A DNA stretch of 64,000 nucleotides. Origin: Nemertoderma westbladi. Lineage: Eukaryota; Animalia; Xenacoelomorpha. The notes beneath the pieces are model-generated. The model saw only the letters and a program-made list of their open reading frames with translations, did not search any database and was not told the origin of the DNA. Of this stretch, positions 39,961-51,651 are shown one piece after another. The DNA lies in contig JAUCBJ010007842.1 in the NCBI GenBank assembly GCA_032718475.1, forward strand, positions 22,754 to 86,753. The letters are read 5' to 3'. Both the position numbers and the translations under genes were made by a program. Each line of letters begins with the position of its first letter. Position 1 is the stretch's first letter.

Positions 39961-41431
39961 TACAACATAAAGCCTTATGTTTATTATTGTATGTAGCTGC
40001 AACTAAAGCGGCATCAGTCTGTTTGTTTGAGAGAATGCTCACTTATGTAAAGTTTTGTTAAGTTAATTAATTAATTTATTTATGTTTGATATTGTCCATT
40101 GATTGATTGACTGTATAGAAGCTTGTGAACTAGAAGGTTTCTAGTGTTATATATAAATATGCATTGTCTGTCTGTGAGTCTATGAGTCTGTGAGTCTGTC
40201 CAAGCTATACGCTCCGACACACGAGCACCAATCTGAGCAAATGATCGAAAGCTCTCTTCCCGAGCACATAAACTATCGCTATCTCGAGGCTAATTTTACT
40301 TGTTTGTTTGCGTGAATGCGTATTTTGTGTGGGGCGAGACACGAATGGCGAGCCATCAGCGAACTGATATACTGTAATTATACTATGGCCGTTTTTCAAA
40401 AGTCTCTGTGTGTGTATGTGTGACAACAAGGCATGAACAAGGGCAGCCGTGCCCAATAATATTTCTTGAAGTTGTACATTACTAAAATGGCAGCTAAAGC
40501 TAAAGTCATTGACCAAGCCAGTGCCTAGGCTAGCACACAAGGACATGACCTAACCTGTAGTAGTCTAGTAGAAGGAATAGTGCTCCTTCAATACATCTCA
40601 ACAGACATCAATTCATTTGCCTGTGCCTACCATAACATAACATATATGCTTGATTTCCAATCACCTCTCACCACAATTATTATTAGTAATTAAAAGTTTC
40701 AATTCGATTTGTCTTTCCGTTATCTGGTTATTCAGTTATTGCATTATTAATAAATAAATGTTTAAAAATATATCTTAGGCCAGTATTGGTTGACAGAAGG
40801 AGATACGCAATGCGTATCCCATTGCGCCTCATAATAGCCTCTCGTCAACAAGTCAACCCCACCGACTAGCGGCACTGGCTATTTCAGCTGACGGGGCTCT
40901 GTCGAAAAACGCGTCCCTGATGCAGTAAGGGCCCTCTTTTGAGGAGCAATATTATTATTGCCGCGGAACTGCTTCTACTCTAGGCCAGACCTAGCCAGAA
41001 GTAGAATCCTCACCAACCATCAACACGAATAGATGAATCTGACACTTGCCCCAACACACCCCCCCCCCCCCCCCCCCGCCCCAATGACGCAGAGGCAGAC
41101 CAACAACACACCTCTTCACCTCTACCGATGTCGGAGAGTAAAATACCACGCATTATAGAATACAGGATAAGTTTGATCCAAGCAATGCAACGAAACCTGT
41201 AAGTTAGAAAATGCATGGTCCCAATATTTGCAAAATAATTACAAAGTCCTAGTCCGAGTGGCCCACACCCGCTCAGGTGTGCCCACTGCGGATCTTCCGT
41301 AGTAAACCAATTTGGTCAGGTCAAATCCAAACATTCACTGGAGATCACCAAATGGGGCGCTATGTGAAATACCGTGCAGACACGATGATGAAATATATCT
41401 TACGAAATATGGTTAATAATTAAAACGTGTC

Positions 41432-41830
41432 GCTAACATTCTCGCTGTGGGGGTTTTAAGGGGTGCTGATTACATTTCTGATGTCAGTTTTCACGTTTAC
41501 ATAAATCTAGTCTGTCTGTCTGTCGGTAATTCTGTTAGTCAGTCTGTCAAAACATAAAAAATAATTCAAATTAACTAACATTCTCGCTATGGGGGTTTTA
41601 AGGGGTGCTGATTTCATTTCTGATGTCAGTTTTCAGGTTTACATTAATCTAGTTTGTCGGACTGTCGGTCTTTCTGTCAGTCAGTCAGTCTGTCAAAACT
41701 TTTAAAAGTATACTAACTAACCAACATTCCCGCTATGGGGGTGTTAAGGGTTGCTGATTTCATTTCTGATGTCAGTTTACACGTTTACATAAATCCAGTC
41801 TGTCTGTCTGTCGGTCTTACTGTCAGTCTG
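41432..41830 (+). repeat. ~143-bp tandem repeat x3 with (GTCT)n
   Basis: AACATTCTCGCTRTGGGGGTTTTAAGGGGTGCTGATT occurs three times. Confidence 0.85.
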
Positions 41831-43144
41831 TACTACTGTACTGGTTGGCATTACGCCATATACCTAACATTGATAATACAGTCTACAATAAAGCCTATCC
41901 TATCTACAGTACAGAATGGATTTTTTGCCATGAAGAGCACTAAATGTCTTTAATACTATCCACCAGTATACCTAGACCAAGAGCCTTCCAATAAAACATG
42001 TATTGCAGCATGACGTCCACTGCACGTCCGTCTTAGTGTTGTCCATGGTGACATGCACTGGACGTCATAGGCTCTAAGGGGTTAAGCAACACGGTCCCTA
42101 CTTCGCCCTGTCGACACCCCAGCCATTTTTCACCAATCCTTTCCACCAATCGTTTTTAAATTTTTTTGTTATTGGTGAAAGTTCTACAACATTAGTAGAT
42201 ATGTTTTTTATGATAGCTACCGGTAGTGTTTTTTGCTAGCTAGTATTTTTAGAAATTATAAAAAATGTGAAAGTCCATGATATTTCAGGTTAAACTGTTG
42301 AAGAATATATTAATGACCAAAATAATTTCCAAAAATTACTAGCTAGTAAAAAATACTAGCTATATACCATAAAAAATCTACTAAGGTTCTAGAACATTCA
42401 CTAATATAAAAAAGCAATCAAAATCACAAAGAAATAAAAGTTAAAAAACTCATTCGGGACACTTTTGCTTAAGGAGTCAAAATTGTAGAAAAAATTACCG
42501 AAGTTTGCGAAATTCGCGAAGAATCCGTATCAATCAAATCTTACACACTTAACAGACACGAACTAATTTAATGTGTGTATTAGTATGCCTGAATAATTAA
42601 ATAGAAATTAAGTTAATGAACGCTATTTCAACATGAAATCTACGGAATCAATACACAACACACGCACACTACTGAATTTAAAAATTTATATAGATTGCAA
42701 CTTATATTTGCCTACCTTTTAATGGGTGACTAATTTAATTATTCAACCCTATATATTTGTAGCCTTTTTAATTTGTGCCTTTAATTGAATCAAACATTAA
42801 ACTAAAATATATGTCACAATATTGGTCTGTCTGTAGCTGGTCAATGAATCCCTCATAAATTTGTTAATTAGTCGCTGCTCAGTCATTGAACATTTTAACA
42901 CGTGCTGCTCGAAGACCCCACAACGTGTTTCTTTATGCATAGAGCCTGTGTTATATTTTGTTACATTTCTGCCAATCAGCGCGATTTTCACTTTGCGAAT
43001 TCTTTGTTTACATATGTATACCGTAATATGACAAAATCATTCATTCTGACATTCTGACTTTTGCCCGAAGACCATCTGTGGCCAGACTGCCAGAGGGTTA
43101 TAAACCACAATATGTTATCTCTTCATTCACTACAATTGGGCACT

Positions 43145-43480
43145 GGCAAACATCTTACTGCTGATTGAATGCCGGCACCACATAATTTTATACTGGTTAT
43201 TCATTGTTATTGGTAACCTATTCAATGGATCTTATATTTGGAGAATACTTATGAATAATCGATAATTCACCTAACTTTCTTTATTATTGAGGTAAGCTGA
43301 GGGAAACACTAGTAATAATTGCTTGGCTCAAATTACAATGGTTTGTATGAGTTCATGCTGTTTCATAGCCCCCAAAGTACGTGAGCTAAATTTCTCCTTA
43401 TATGTGAGTATGAGATTGGTGACAGTCGGCAAATTAGCGTGTTTCAGTACTATTGTCAGTAAAGTGAGTGTGAGTGAATA
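43145..43480 (+). repeat. Unclassified dispersed repeat; second diverged copy at about 61615..61960
   Basis: Shared blocks GGCAAACATCT..., TTATATTTGGAGAAT, AATAATCGATAAT and GAGCTAAATTTCTCCTTA. Confidence 0.7.
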
Positions 43481-44188
43481 ATTCTACATTCCTAAAGAAT
43501 GTAAAACCGTGATGCCAAATCCCTTCGTTGTAATTGGTATAAGTCATATAACTCTGCGTTGTATTTTGAACTAAGCGCAGCACCTAAAAGGAACTGTTGG
43601 TATTTCCCTGAAAATAAACATAGTTTTTGGAGATTATATAGTAGGCCTGAGATCAATCGAATAATACAAAGTAGCCTACCCCTCACACTGGCCATAGGAT
43701 TGTGTGTGTCTCCCACACACAGTGTGTCATATGCCGCGCTAGACTGGCTTCTGCTGTGGTCATATTTTGTACGGGCTGGCAGACATCATAAGACACGTAA
43801 ATTAACAGATTAAACTGTTAAAGGTCTAAAAGCGCGATCAATATTGGACAAGTGCATCATTGCGCATGGCAGGGATATTTGGGAATTGCCTTATTGGGAA
43901 AATGGCAGGGATATTTGCAAGTGCCTTATTTGGCAACTGGGTAGCGTATTGGTAAGTTACTGCACCCCGAAAGACTAAGACGGGAGGCCTCGTTCACACT
44001 GCTGACGCGCTAACCAGTGATCATCTTAAGCCTGCTCCAATTAAGATAAACCGTGGTCACGCTACCTCTAGTTCGCGCAGTTTGAGTCGTTTCTCAAGCT
44101 ACATTCGTGCAACTGTGAACGGGGTCTAACTTATGTCAATTGTAATCTCTCTAATATGTTATACAAGTCTGGTAATTTTATTGGGCAG

Positions 44189-44465
44189 GTTCGGAGTCAT
44201 GCGAGAGGATTCCCTTTTGTAAAAGGCCAAAAGTTTAAACTGACAATCAACTTGAACCAGGACCATTACGAGCTGTCCGTTAATGGTAAACATTTCTCAA
44301 CCTTTCCTACACGGTCGGATTTCTCACTCTCGCATATCTGCGTGTTGTCTATATCGGGCTCCGTTACTATAGAGAGTATAGAACATCGACCAATTACGGC
44401 GGGACCCAAGGATAACTTGATAGACAAGCCGTTCGCGGCGCAGATACCCGGCTTTCTATATCCAG
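44189..44465 (+). CDS. Galectin exon 3 (end of CRD1, linker, start of CRD2)
   Basis: Acceptor gggcag|GTT; VRSHARGFPFVKGQKFKLTI..VNGKHFSTFPTR..PFAAQIPGFLYPG; phase-1 donor CCAG|gtaaag. Confidence 0.88.
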
Positions 44466-45239
44466 GTAAAGAACATTCTGTTTTACTAGTAAATTGAAAG
44501 TTGTTGCAAAAATTAATCTTCACAAGCTGGCAAGCCTGGAGGGTTCACGGTCCTCCTACTTAATCAGTACAATAATAATACGTTTTCGTTCGGGTAGGCC
44601 TATGTTTCCTTTTCACTTGTTCCCATCGTAGGCGACCTCATGCTCATCCCACCACGACCACGACCACCAGTTACGAGTTGGGTAGGCGTCTACCGGCAAC
44701 CGGTAAGTAATTACGCGCCACACGACGTCATCCCGCCATCCGCCAACATTTATACCGGTTCGGTAAGCCTACCACCTACCGGCTGGCTACCATCGCACCG
44801 TAGGTCTACCGCCTACGCCTACCGGTCAACCGGTAACGGCAGGCTACCGCGTACCGGTACAGCGGTACTCAAAGTCGTACCAGTCTGCCAGTATTGTCGT
44901 AATTGACAAATGCAGGATTAAACCGTAACCCGTTCCGGTACCGGTACCATATGCATCTGAACGACTGGACGGTTAATCTCATAGCATAGCTGCATAGGCC
45001 TACCGGTAGTCAGTGCGAAGTCGCCTGCGAACATGGCGAAATATTATATTTACTGCTAGGGCTAGGCTAGGACCTACCAGCCTACTGCTGTACTGACCTA
45101 TGACAGTATGAAGATAGGCAGATAGGCCTACAGTGGTCAGGTAGTACCGGTCCGGTATGCCTACTACAGGCAGACAATCAGACAGTACTAGCAGTGCTAA
45201 TTAATTACCTTAATTAAATCTTCAATTAGGTCATAATGT

Positions 45240-45585
45240 AGGTCCAAATTTAAAAATCGGCCTCCGTTAATCGATTTAGAAATAATTCAGGTACCTCCAT
45301 GCCAAATATCAGAATCATTCATTGCGTTCCCTATGACAAGATAGCTTTTTCCTAAACCATGCGAAAACACGCAAATATAGCGCTCACATCGCACAAATAC
45401 CATCTCGACACCCAATTTTTTGTATGAGCCTTCGCCATCCCATCCCTATATCTAACTTTTGTCCAAATTTTGTTTCGATTGATTAATAAATAACTGAGAT
45501 ATCGCTCTGGACACACACACACACACACACCCCAACACACACACACACACACACACACACATTACGGTAATAATGGTCACTTATG
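45240..45585 (-). mobile_element. DINE/HINE-like fragment with (CA)n microsatellite
   Basis: (TG)n followed by GATATCTCAG...AAAATTTGG on the minus strand, an organisation typical of these elements. Confidence 0.45.
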
Positions 45586-45955
45586 TCAAAGACCGTGAAC
45601 CAATACTTGGTATGGTTTGCTAGGCCCACGAATGATGAAAGTTGGAAGTTGCGCTCGGTTTGTTGTAAATGGAACGACGCGAATATCAAGAAATAGTGAT
45701 GTTGTGGTCGTTGGTATTAGGGGCATTTCATGAAACCACAGAGTTTGACCTCGTGTAGGTAGGCAGAACTTGGAACTGGATTTTCTTATATTTTGAATAA
45801 ATGTTGGGTTTTTCAGAGTTGTCAAGCTCTTGTTGTGATAGACTCCATCATTGACTTCATAAAGGCCTACCTGTTCTGATTCGAATATTACCACCATACA
45901 TGAGTAATCCTAATTATCATCATGTTGAAATAATTAGAATGCTGTTTATTTTCAG

Positions 45956-46104
45956 GGCGAATGATTTTTATCCGTGGCGTTACCTTAGCAACAAGCGATC
46001 GGATCACAGTTAATATACAGGAGGGAAATGAAACAAACCCAGCAAACATTGGGTTACATTTTAATCCAAGATTATACGAGGGATTTATAGCTATTAATTC
46101 CATG
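45956..46104 (+). CDS. Galectin exon 4 (CRD2 core)
   Basis: Acceptor tttcag|GG; RMIFIRG..IGLHFNPRLYEGFIAINSM; donor ATG|gttagt. Confidence 0.9.
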
Positions 46105-46377
46105 GTTAGTTGAAATACATCATTGAAATTATGTAATTTATGTGACACGTAGTTTAGATCCGAAAGTTGGGTAGGTAGAGCAACATTGTGACCTGGAACT
46201 GGAATAGGCCCATAGTTTCAATTCAGAGACACCTTCCCCTATCCATACCAATTTATACATTACTGCTAGCTAATGATTGATTTTACTTTCTGTAATTATT
46301 TTTCAGATTTATAATATTACAATGTTAAGTAGTACATTGATTTCTGAAGGATGTTAACGTTGTCCATGTTAGTGTCA

Positions 46378-46445
46378 GGTTTCCAGGTGGTTAGAGCGTC
46401 GGACTTCCAAGCGAAAGGTTGTGGGTTCGAGCCCTAGAAAAGGAG
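46378..46445 (+). pseudogene. tRNA-like head (SINE remnant or tRNA pseudogene) in galectin intron 4
   Basis: GTGGTTAGAGCG D-arm-like segment and GGGTTCGAGCCC T-arm. Acceptor and anticodon stems do not pair. Confidence 0.55.
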
Positions 46446-46633
46446 CAGCACAGTTTTCGTTAAACCCAAATTACAACCTGGCATATGTTAGGGGAGTTAC
46501 GAAAAGGGTTGGATATATTAAGAGAGTAGAAGAAAAGTTCGCGAAGTTCGCATTGCCTTCGGTGATTTGACGGGCTCATTATGCCATTATTAAACTGCCC
46601 ACCCCTTTGTGACTATATATTTTTTCGTCTCAG

Positions 46634-46849
46634 GTAAACAGAGTCTGGCAGAGTGAGTTCAGGGTGGAACACATGCCGTTCCAGGATGGAATGGGTTTCG
46701 AGATAATAATTATGGTAGAGAACTTCGGGTTCAAAATAGCGGTTAATGGATTACATCTACACGAACTTCCTCACCGGATTCCACTCAATAGAAACAATCA
46801 CATACACGTATTCGGCTCGTTGAAAGTCAACAACGTTAACTTTACATAA
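46634..46849 (+). CDS. Galectin exon 5 (end of CRD2, stop)
   Basis: Acceptor ctcag|GTA; VWQSEFRVEHMPFQDGMGFEIII..FKIAVNGLHLHELPHRIPL. The five exons sum to 918 nt, or 305 aa plus stop. Confidence 0.9.
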   Translation, partial: VNRVWQSEFRVEHMPFQDGMGFEIIIMVENFGFKIAVNGLHLHELPHRIPLNRNNHIHVFGSLKVNNVNFT

Positions 46850-47254
46850 AAAGTATTAAAATATCACTATTCATAATTACAGTATATCATGTGATTAAAT
46901 ACGTTCTTTGAACAAAATCGCTGAACAATGTATGTGGTGTCTTACAAAATCAGTTATTATGATTTATAAATTTAATATTAAATTAAAATTAAATTTATGA
47001 AGAACTTTACAGAAGCTACTGTACAGTACAGTATTATGAAAAAACCAACCGAATAAAGTTGAGAATCTGTTAAGGGTTAACCCGTGCATAAGGGCAGGCC
47101 TCTCTAAGGGGAACTGAGTGGGGCAACTGTAGTAGTACTGTATAAAGTGGTTAACCTTATAAGACAGTTGTTGTTATGTCGCAACGCAAGGGTTTGTCAG
47201 AAAATATCTACGGATAGGCCTATATTGTTAATGTTGTTAATGTAATATTGTTAA

Positions 47255-50200
47255 CCCTGTGGAACGGCAAACAAGGATGTGGTATTTGCCCCGAGAGCTG
47301 ACTCGGCAAAAAAGCACCCCCAACCCCCACTATGGATTACATTAGTAATGCGGAGGTCCGGCCACTAGAGGCCAGTGGAATTACCGGACACAATCGGCCT
47401 CACAGTCGTCAGTTATCTCCTGTCCGGCTGCCTGTCTCACCCCCTACTGGAGAGAGAGAGAAGCCAACAATTCTTTGAGTCTCTTTCCTGATGACCTTTC
47501 TGGCCCAAACCCTGGGTCACCAGGGAGGCCAGATTGTGAGGGGGAGAGGGATTCTGGAGTTGGAGGCTACTCTCATGTTCCACCCCGACCAACAAAGCCA
47601 TTGGTGAATCTGAGGCAAGTCACTAGACTAGCCTCAGTAAACACCCTAACACTCGGGTCCCCAATGCGACAAGGTGAGCTGACTGCCTTGGCAGATAAGC
47701 TTTCTCTTAGCGCAGTGGGTGTTCAAGAGCACCGAATTCAGGAGGTTCTGATTAAGGACATGGGGGCGGTTGGCGACTCGCCCTTGCATCAGCAGATGAC
47801 AGTGGCAATGGTGGTATTGGTCTATTGATGAATCCAACTGCACATGCAGCATTGGACAAAATATACCAAATCTCTAACCGCATCATCCGTTGCCACTTCT
47901 CATGTTCTGGAAGACTGGCTAAGAAGTTTCCTAAGGTGGTTCTGATTGTGTGCTACTCTCCAACTAGTGTTGCCCCTGTAGAGGAGGTGGGAAATTTCTA
48001 CCACAATCTACAAGCAGCTACTGATGGAGTGGATCAGCATGCATTCTTAATATTCCTGGGAGACTTTAATGCAAGTCTGCATCAATCACCTACATCGCCC
48101 TGGGTCTATAGCAAAGTGTCAACCGAAATTCCGTCCATCTTCAGGATTTTATCTCTGGAAATGGATTGTTTTCGGCTGGAACCCAGTTCAAGAAGCGAAC
48201 TGGAAAGCTATGGACTCATAGTGGACCCAGTGGTCACAAGTCCCAGATAGACCATATTCTGTTTCGTAGGAAGTACAGGAGCTCTATACAAGACTGTAAT
48301 GCATTTACACTTCAACCCTTCTCCAGTGATCACCGCCTTATTGTGGCCAAGGTAAGACTTAGTCTGCGTGCTAGCAGAACAACGAAATCTGCCTTGCCGC
48401 GGCATGACTGGTCCTCTCTGTTGCAACAGCCAAGTGTGAGATCCAGCTTCACACTACAGCTGAGCAACAGGTATGAGGCTCTTGCCTCTGAGGCGGCAGA
48501 TCACTGTGAGGGCTATACTGCCTTCACAGAAGCAGTTAAGTTAGCAGCTGCAGAAACAGTTCCTGTATACCCTCGAAACAGGAAAAGGGCCCCCTGGACT
48601 GACAACAAAATCCAGAAGTACCGAAATGACCTATATAAGGCGCAGAAAGAGTCCCGACTCAAACAGACTACAGCGCCCAAGAATGCAGCTAAGGCTGCAT
48701 CTAGGTCCCTGAACAGGCAGTACTCTGTTAATCTACAGGAGCTAATAAACCAACAGGTTGATGCCATCAATGATGCCGACGAAAGCAGGCAATCATCCCA
48801 GGCATGGAAATCGATCAACTTGCTTACTGGGCGGAAAAGCCAACCAACCACCAAGGTTAAGGCTGAATCACCAGCCGATCGCCTCAATGGTTGGAAGGCC
48901 CACTTTGAAAAGCTCCTCAATAATGACAGGGTATTGCCTGATAACTTTATAGAAGTAAAAGTGTCTGAGTCTGTACTCCCAGATATTCCCATTGGCTATA
49001 TCTCCTTTGCAGAAGTGAAGGCTGCTGCAAAGAGCATTAAGACCAATCGTGCCAGTGGAGTAGATGGTGTTCCCCCTGAGGTTTTTAAAATACCTGAGTG
49101 TTTAAAGCTCATCTATCCCATCATAGTAGACATGTACCGAACAACAAGAGTCCCACAAGAAATGAAAACAAATAAGTTGGTGCCAGTTCCCAAGAAAGGC
49201 AACCTAACACTCTATGGTTCTTTTCGGGGAATCTCATTGATCTCGATTGCTGCAAAGCTATACAATAGAATTCTATTAAATCGCATCAGGGATCCCAAAG
49301 CTATACAATAGAATTCTATTAAATCGCATCAGGGATCCCATTGAGAGACTGCTCCGTGGAAATCAGAATGGGTTCCGTAAAGGTCGTGGAACCATGGAAC
49401 CCATTTTGGCACTTAGAAGGATAATTGAAGAGTTATCAAAAAAGAAAGACAGGCATCTGGCTGTTATCATTGTTGACTTCTTCAAGGCCTTTGATTCAGT
49501 CTCCCGCTCACGTATGTTCAGCATACTTTCATTATATTGGATTCCTGATGAAATTATTGCAGCAATCAGATCAGTATACGATGGTTCGACAACATTTGTG
49601 TCTACTGTTGATGGTGACACAGAACCATTTGAAGTGTTATGGGGCGTCCTCCAGGGAGACACACTTGCACCATTCTTGTTCATAATTGTGGTTGACTATG
49701 TTCTACGCATGTCCTTAGATCATCATAATGATGATGGGGGTGATGATAACTCCACCTACTGGCTCCAGAAGTCGAGGAAATCCTGCCAAGTACCTAACTG
49801 ATCTAGACTTTGCTGATGACTTAGGAGTACTCTCAGAATCACTAGAGGGAGCCCAACGGCTCCTCAGCTCATTGGAGCATGCTGCTTCTAGTGTTGGTCT
49901 TTTTATTAACTCCAGAAAGACCAAAATTTTGACAGTTAACTTTGAAAGTTCTCAGCAAGTCTCTGATCGGATGACCATAAGCTCAAAGGATGGTATGCTT
50001 GAGCATGTGGACGACTTCTGTTACCTGGGATCATGGATCCGGAAGTCAGGTGAGGACTTTCGAATACGTAAGGGAAAGGCATGGGCAGCCTTGAATAGAT
50101 AGGCTTTCCAGGATTTGGAAGTCACCGAGAATTAATCGGAAACTTAAGGTCCGATTATTTAGAGCAGCAGTAGTTCCAGTACTCCTCTATGGGAGTCCAT

Positions 50201-50625
50201 GCTGGGCTCTAACTGCTGAGGACACCAAATCTCTGGATGGCACATTCACAAGAATGCTACGCCGGGTTCATTGTGTCAAGTACAATGCACAAATGCCAAC
50301 CAGACACTATATAACATTGGAGGTGTCTCATTGGTTCCCCCAAGCTTGACACTAGAACAAAATCGCCTCCGCTTTGCAGGACATTGCTTTCGCCGTGAGG
50401 ACCAGCCAGTGCATAATCTTGTACTTTGGCAGCCTGGAGTGAATAAGCATGGTGGACAGCCCATGACTTTCTTGAGACGCATCTTAAAGGACACTGGCCT
50501 TGAAGATGCGGATGATCTAGCAAATGTCATGGGTGATAGGGAGTTGTGGCGGCGCAATTTTGTCGACAAGCCGGCACAGTATTCTTAAAAATGCAGCTGC
50601 AATGCAGCATGCCGATACTAGTAGT
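47255..50625 (+). mobile_element. RTE family A, near full-length copy (5' UTR, APE endonuclease, RT), inactivated by frameshifts
   Basis: APE motifs VQEHR, YSPT, LGDFNA, SQIDHIL and SDHRL; RT motifs; (TAG)n tail; TSD ATATTGTTAA at 47245-47254 and 50626-50635; 43-bp tandem duplication at 49254/49297. Confidence 0.95.
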
Positions 50626-50994
50626 ATATTGTTAATACTGGTTCATGCATGTACTGGATAATATTGTGGAATTGCAAAAAAACATCAATTTTCGACGTCA
50701 CTGATGTTTGAAATACCTTTAATTACAATACAGTATCTGTGGGAAAGGAACCGCGAAAGTAACGTGACGTGGTCCATAAAATAGGTGAAATGTTCGTTGG
50801 TTTCGCGAAATTCCAGTTGCAAAATGGTTGTTCGTTTGATAATCCAAATATACACTGTTACTAAAGCTGATCGCCTCAAGTGAACTCAACTTTGTGAAGT
50901 TTAAAAATTGTGGTATACATCAACTTCCCCCAATTATCCCATATCCAACATTTGGTAACGGAAAAGTTAAACCCCCCATTATTTCAACTCACAC

Positions 50995-51505
50995 CCCGGT
51001 CATTCCTGTTACCCCCCCCCCCCCCAATCATGTCACCCCACCCAAAATCATGTCACCCACCCCCACCATCCTGTCACCCCCCCCCCCCCCCCCATTCCTG
51101 TCACTCCCCCCCAATCCAGTCACTCCCTCCCGATCCTGTCAACCCCCCCCCCCAATCCTGTCACCCCCCCCCCCACCCAATCATGTCACCCCCCCAAATC
51201 ATGTCACCCCCCCCCCCCCAAATCATGTCACCCCACCCAAAATCATGTCACCCCCCCCCCCCTATCATGTCACCCCCCCCCAATTCTTCACTCCCCCCCA
51301 ATCCTGTCACCCCCCCCCCCCCCCCAAATCATGTCACCCCCCAAATCATGTCACCCACCCCCCAAATCGTGTCACCCCACCCACATTCATGTCATCACCC
51401 CAAATCATGTCACCCCACCCACAATAATGTCACCCCCCCCCCCCCAAATCATGTCACCCCACCCCCAATCATGTCACCCCCCCCCCCCCCCCCCCCCCCA
51501 ATCAT
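50995..51505 (+). repeat. C-rich minisatellite (AATCATGTCA + C-run)
   Basis: Directly visible, with variable C-run lengths. Confidence 0.92.
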
Positions 51506-51651
51506 CCGGAAAAAGCACAGTACCTAAATACGAAGACAGCCTTGAAAATAATAATATAATCCAAATACTATTTGCTAATGATGACAATTAGATATTTAGA
51601 TATGTCAAAGGTTAACCTGTTTGACAATCTACTGTTAGTTGTTATTATATA

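Noticed and set aside
40885-40920. Minimal hammerhead ribozyme (CTGACGG-GGCTCTGTC-GAAA-AACGCGTC)
   Set aside because: The core deviates from CUGANGA, stems I and III are not evident, and no Penelope ORF is nearby.
46378-46445. Functional tRNA-Gly(TCC)
   Set aside because: Acceptor and anticodon stems cannot pair.
47370-47480. HDV-like ribozyme in the RTE 5' UTR (GGACA/TGTCC-GG and GCCAA elements)
   Set aside because: Such ribozymes are known in RTEs, but I could not build P2/P3/L3 by eye. An RNArobo/Infernal search on the family consensus is needed.
50894-51591. Extensin-like proline-rich ORFs
   Set aside because: All three frames are open because of a C-rich minisatellite with variable homopolymers.
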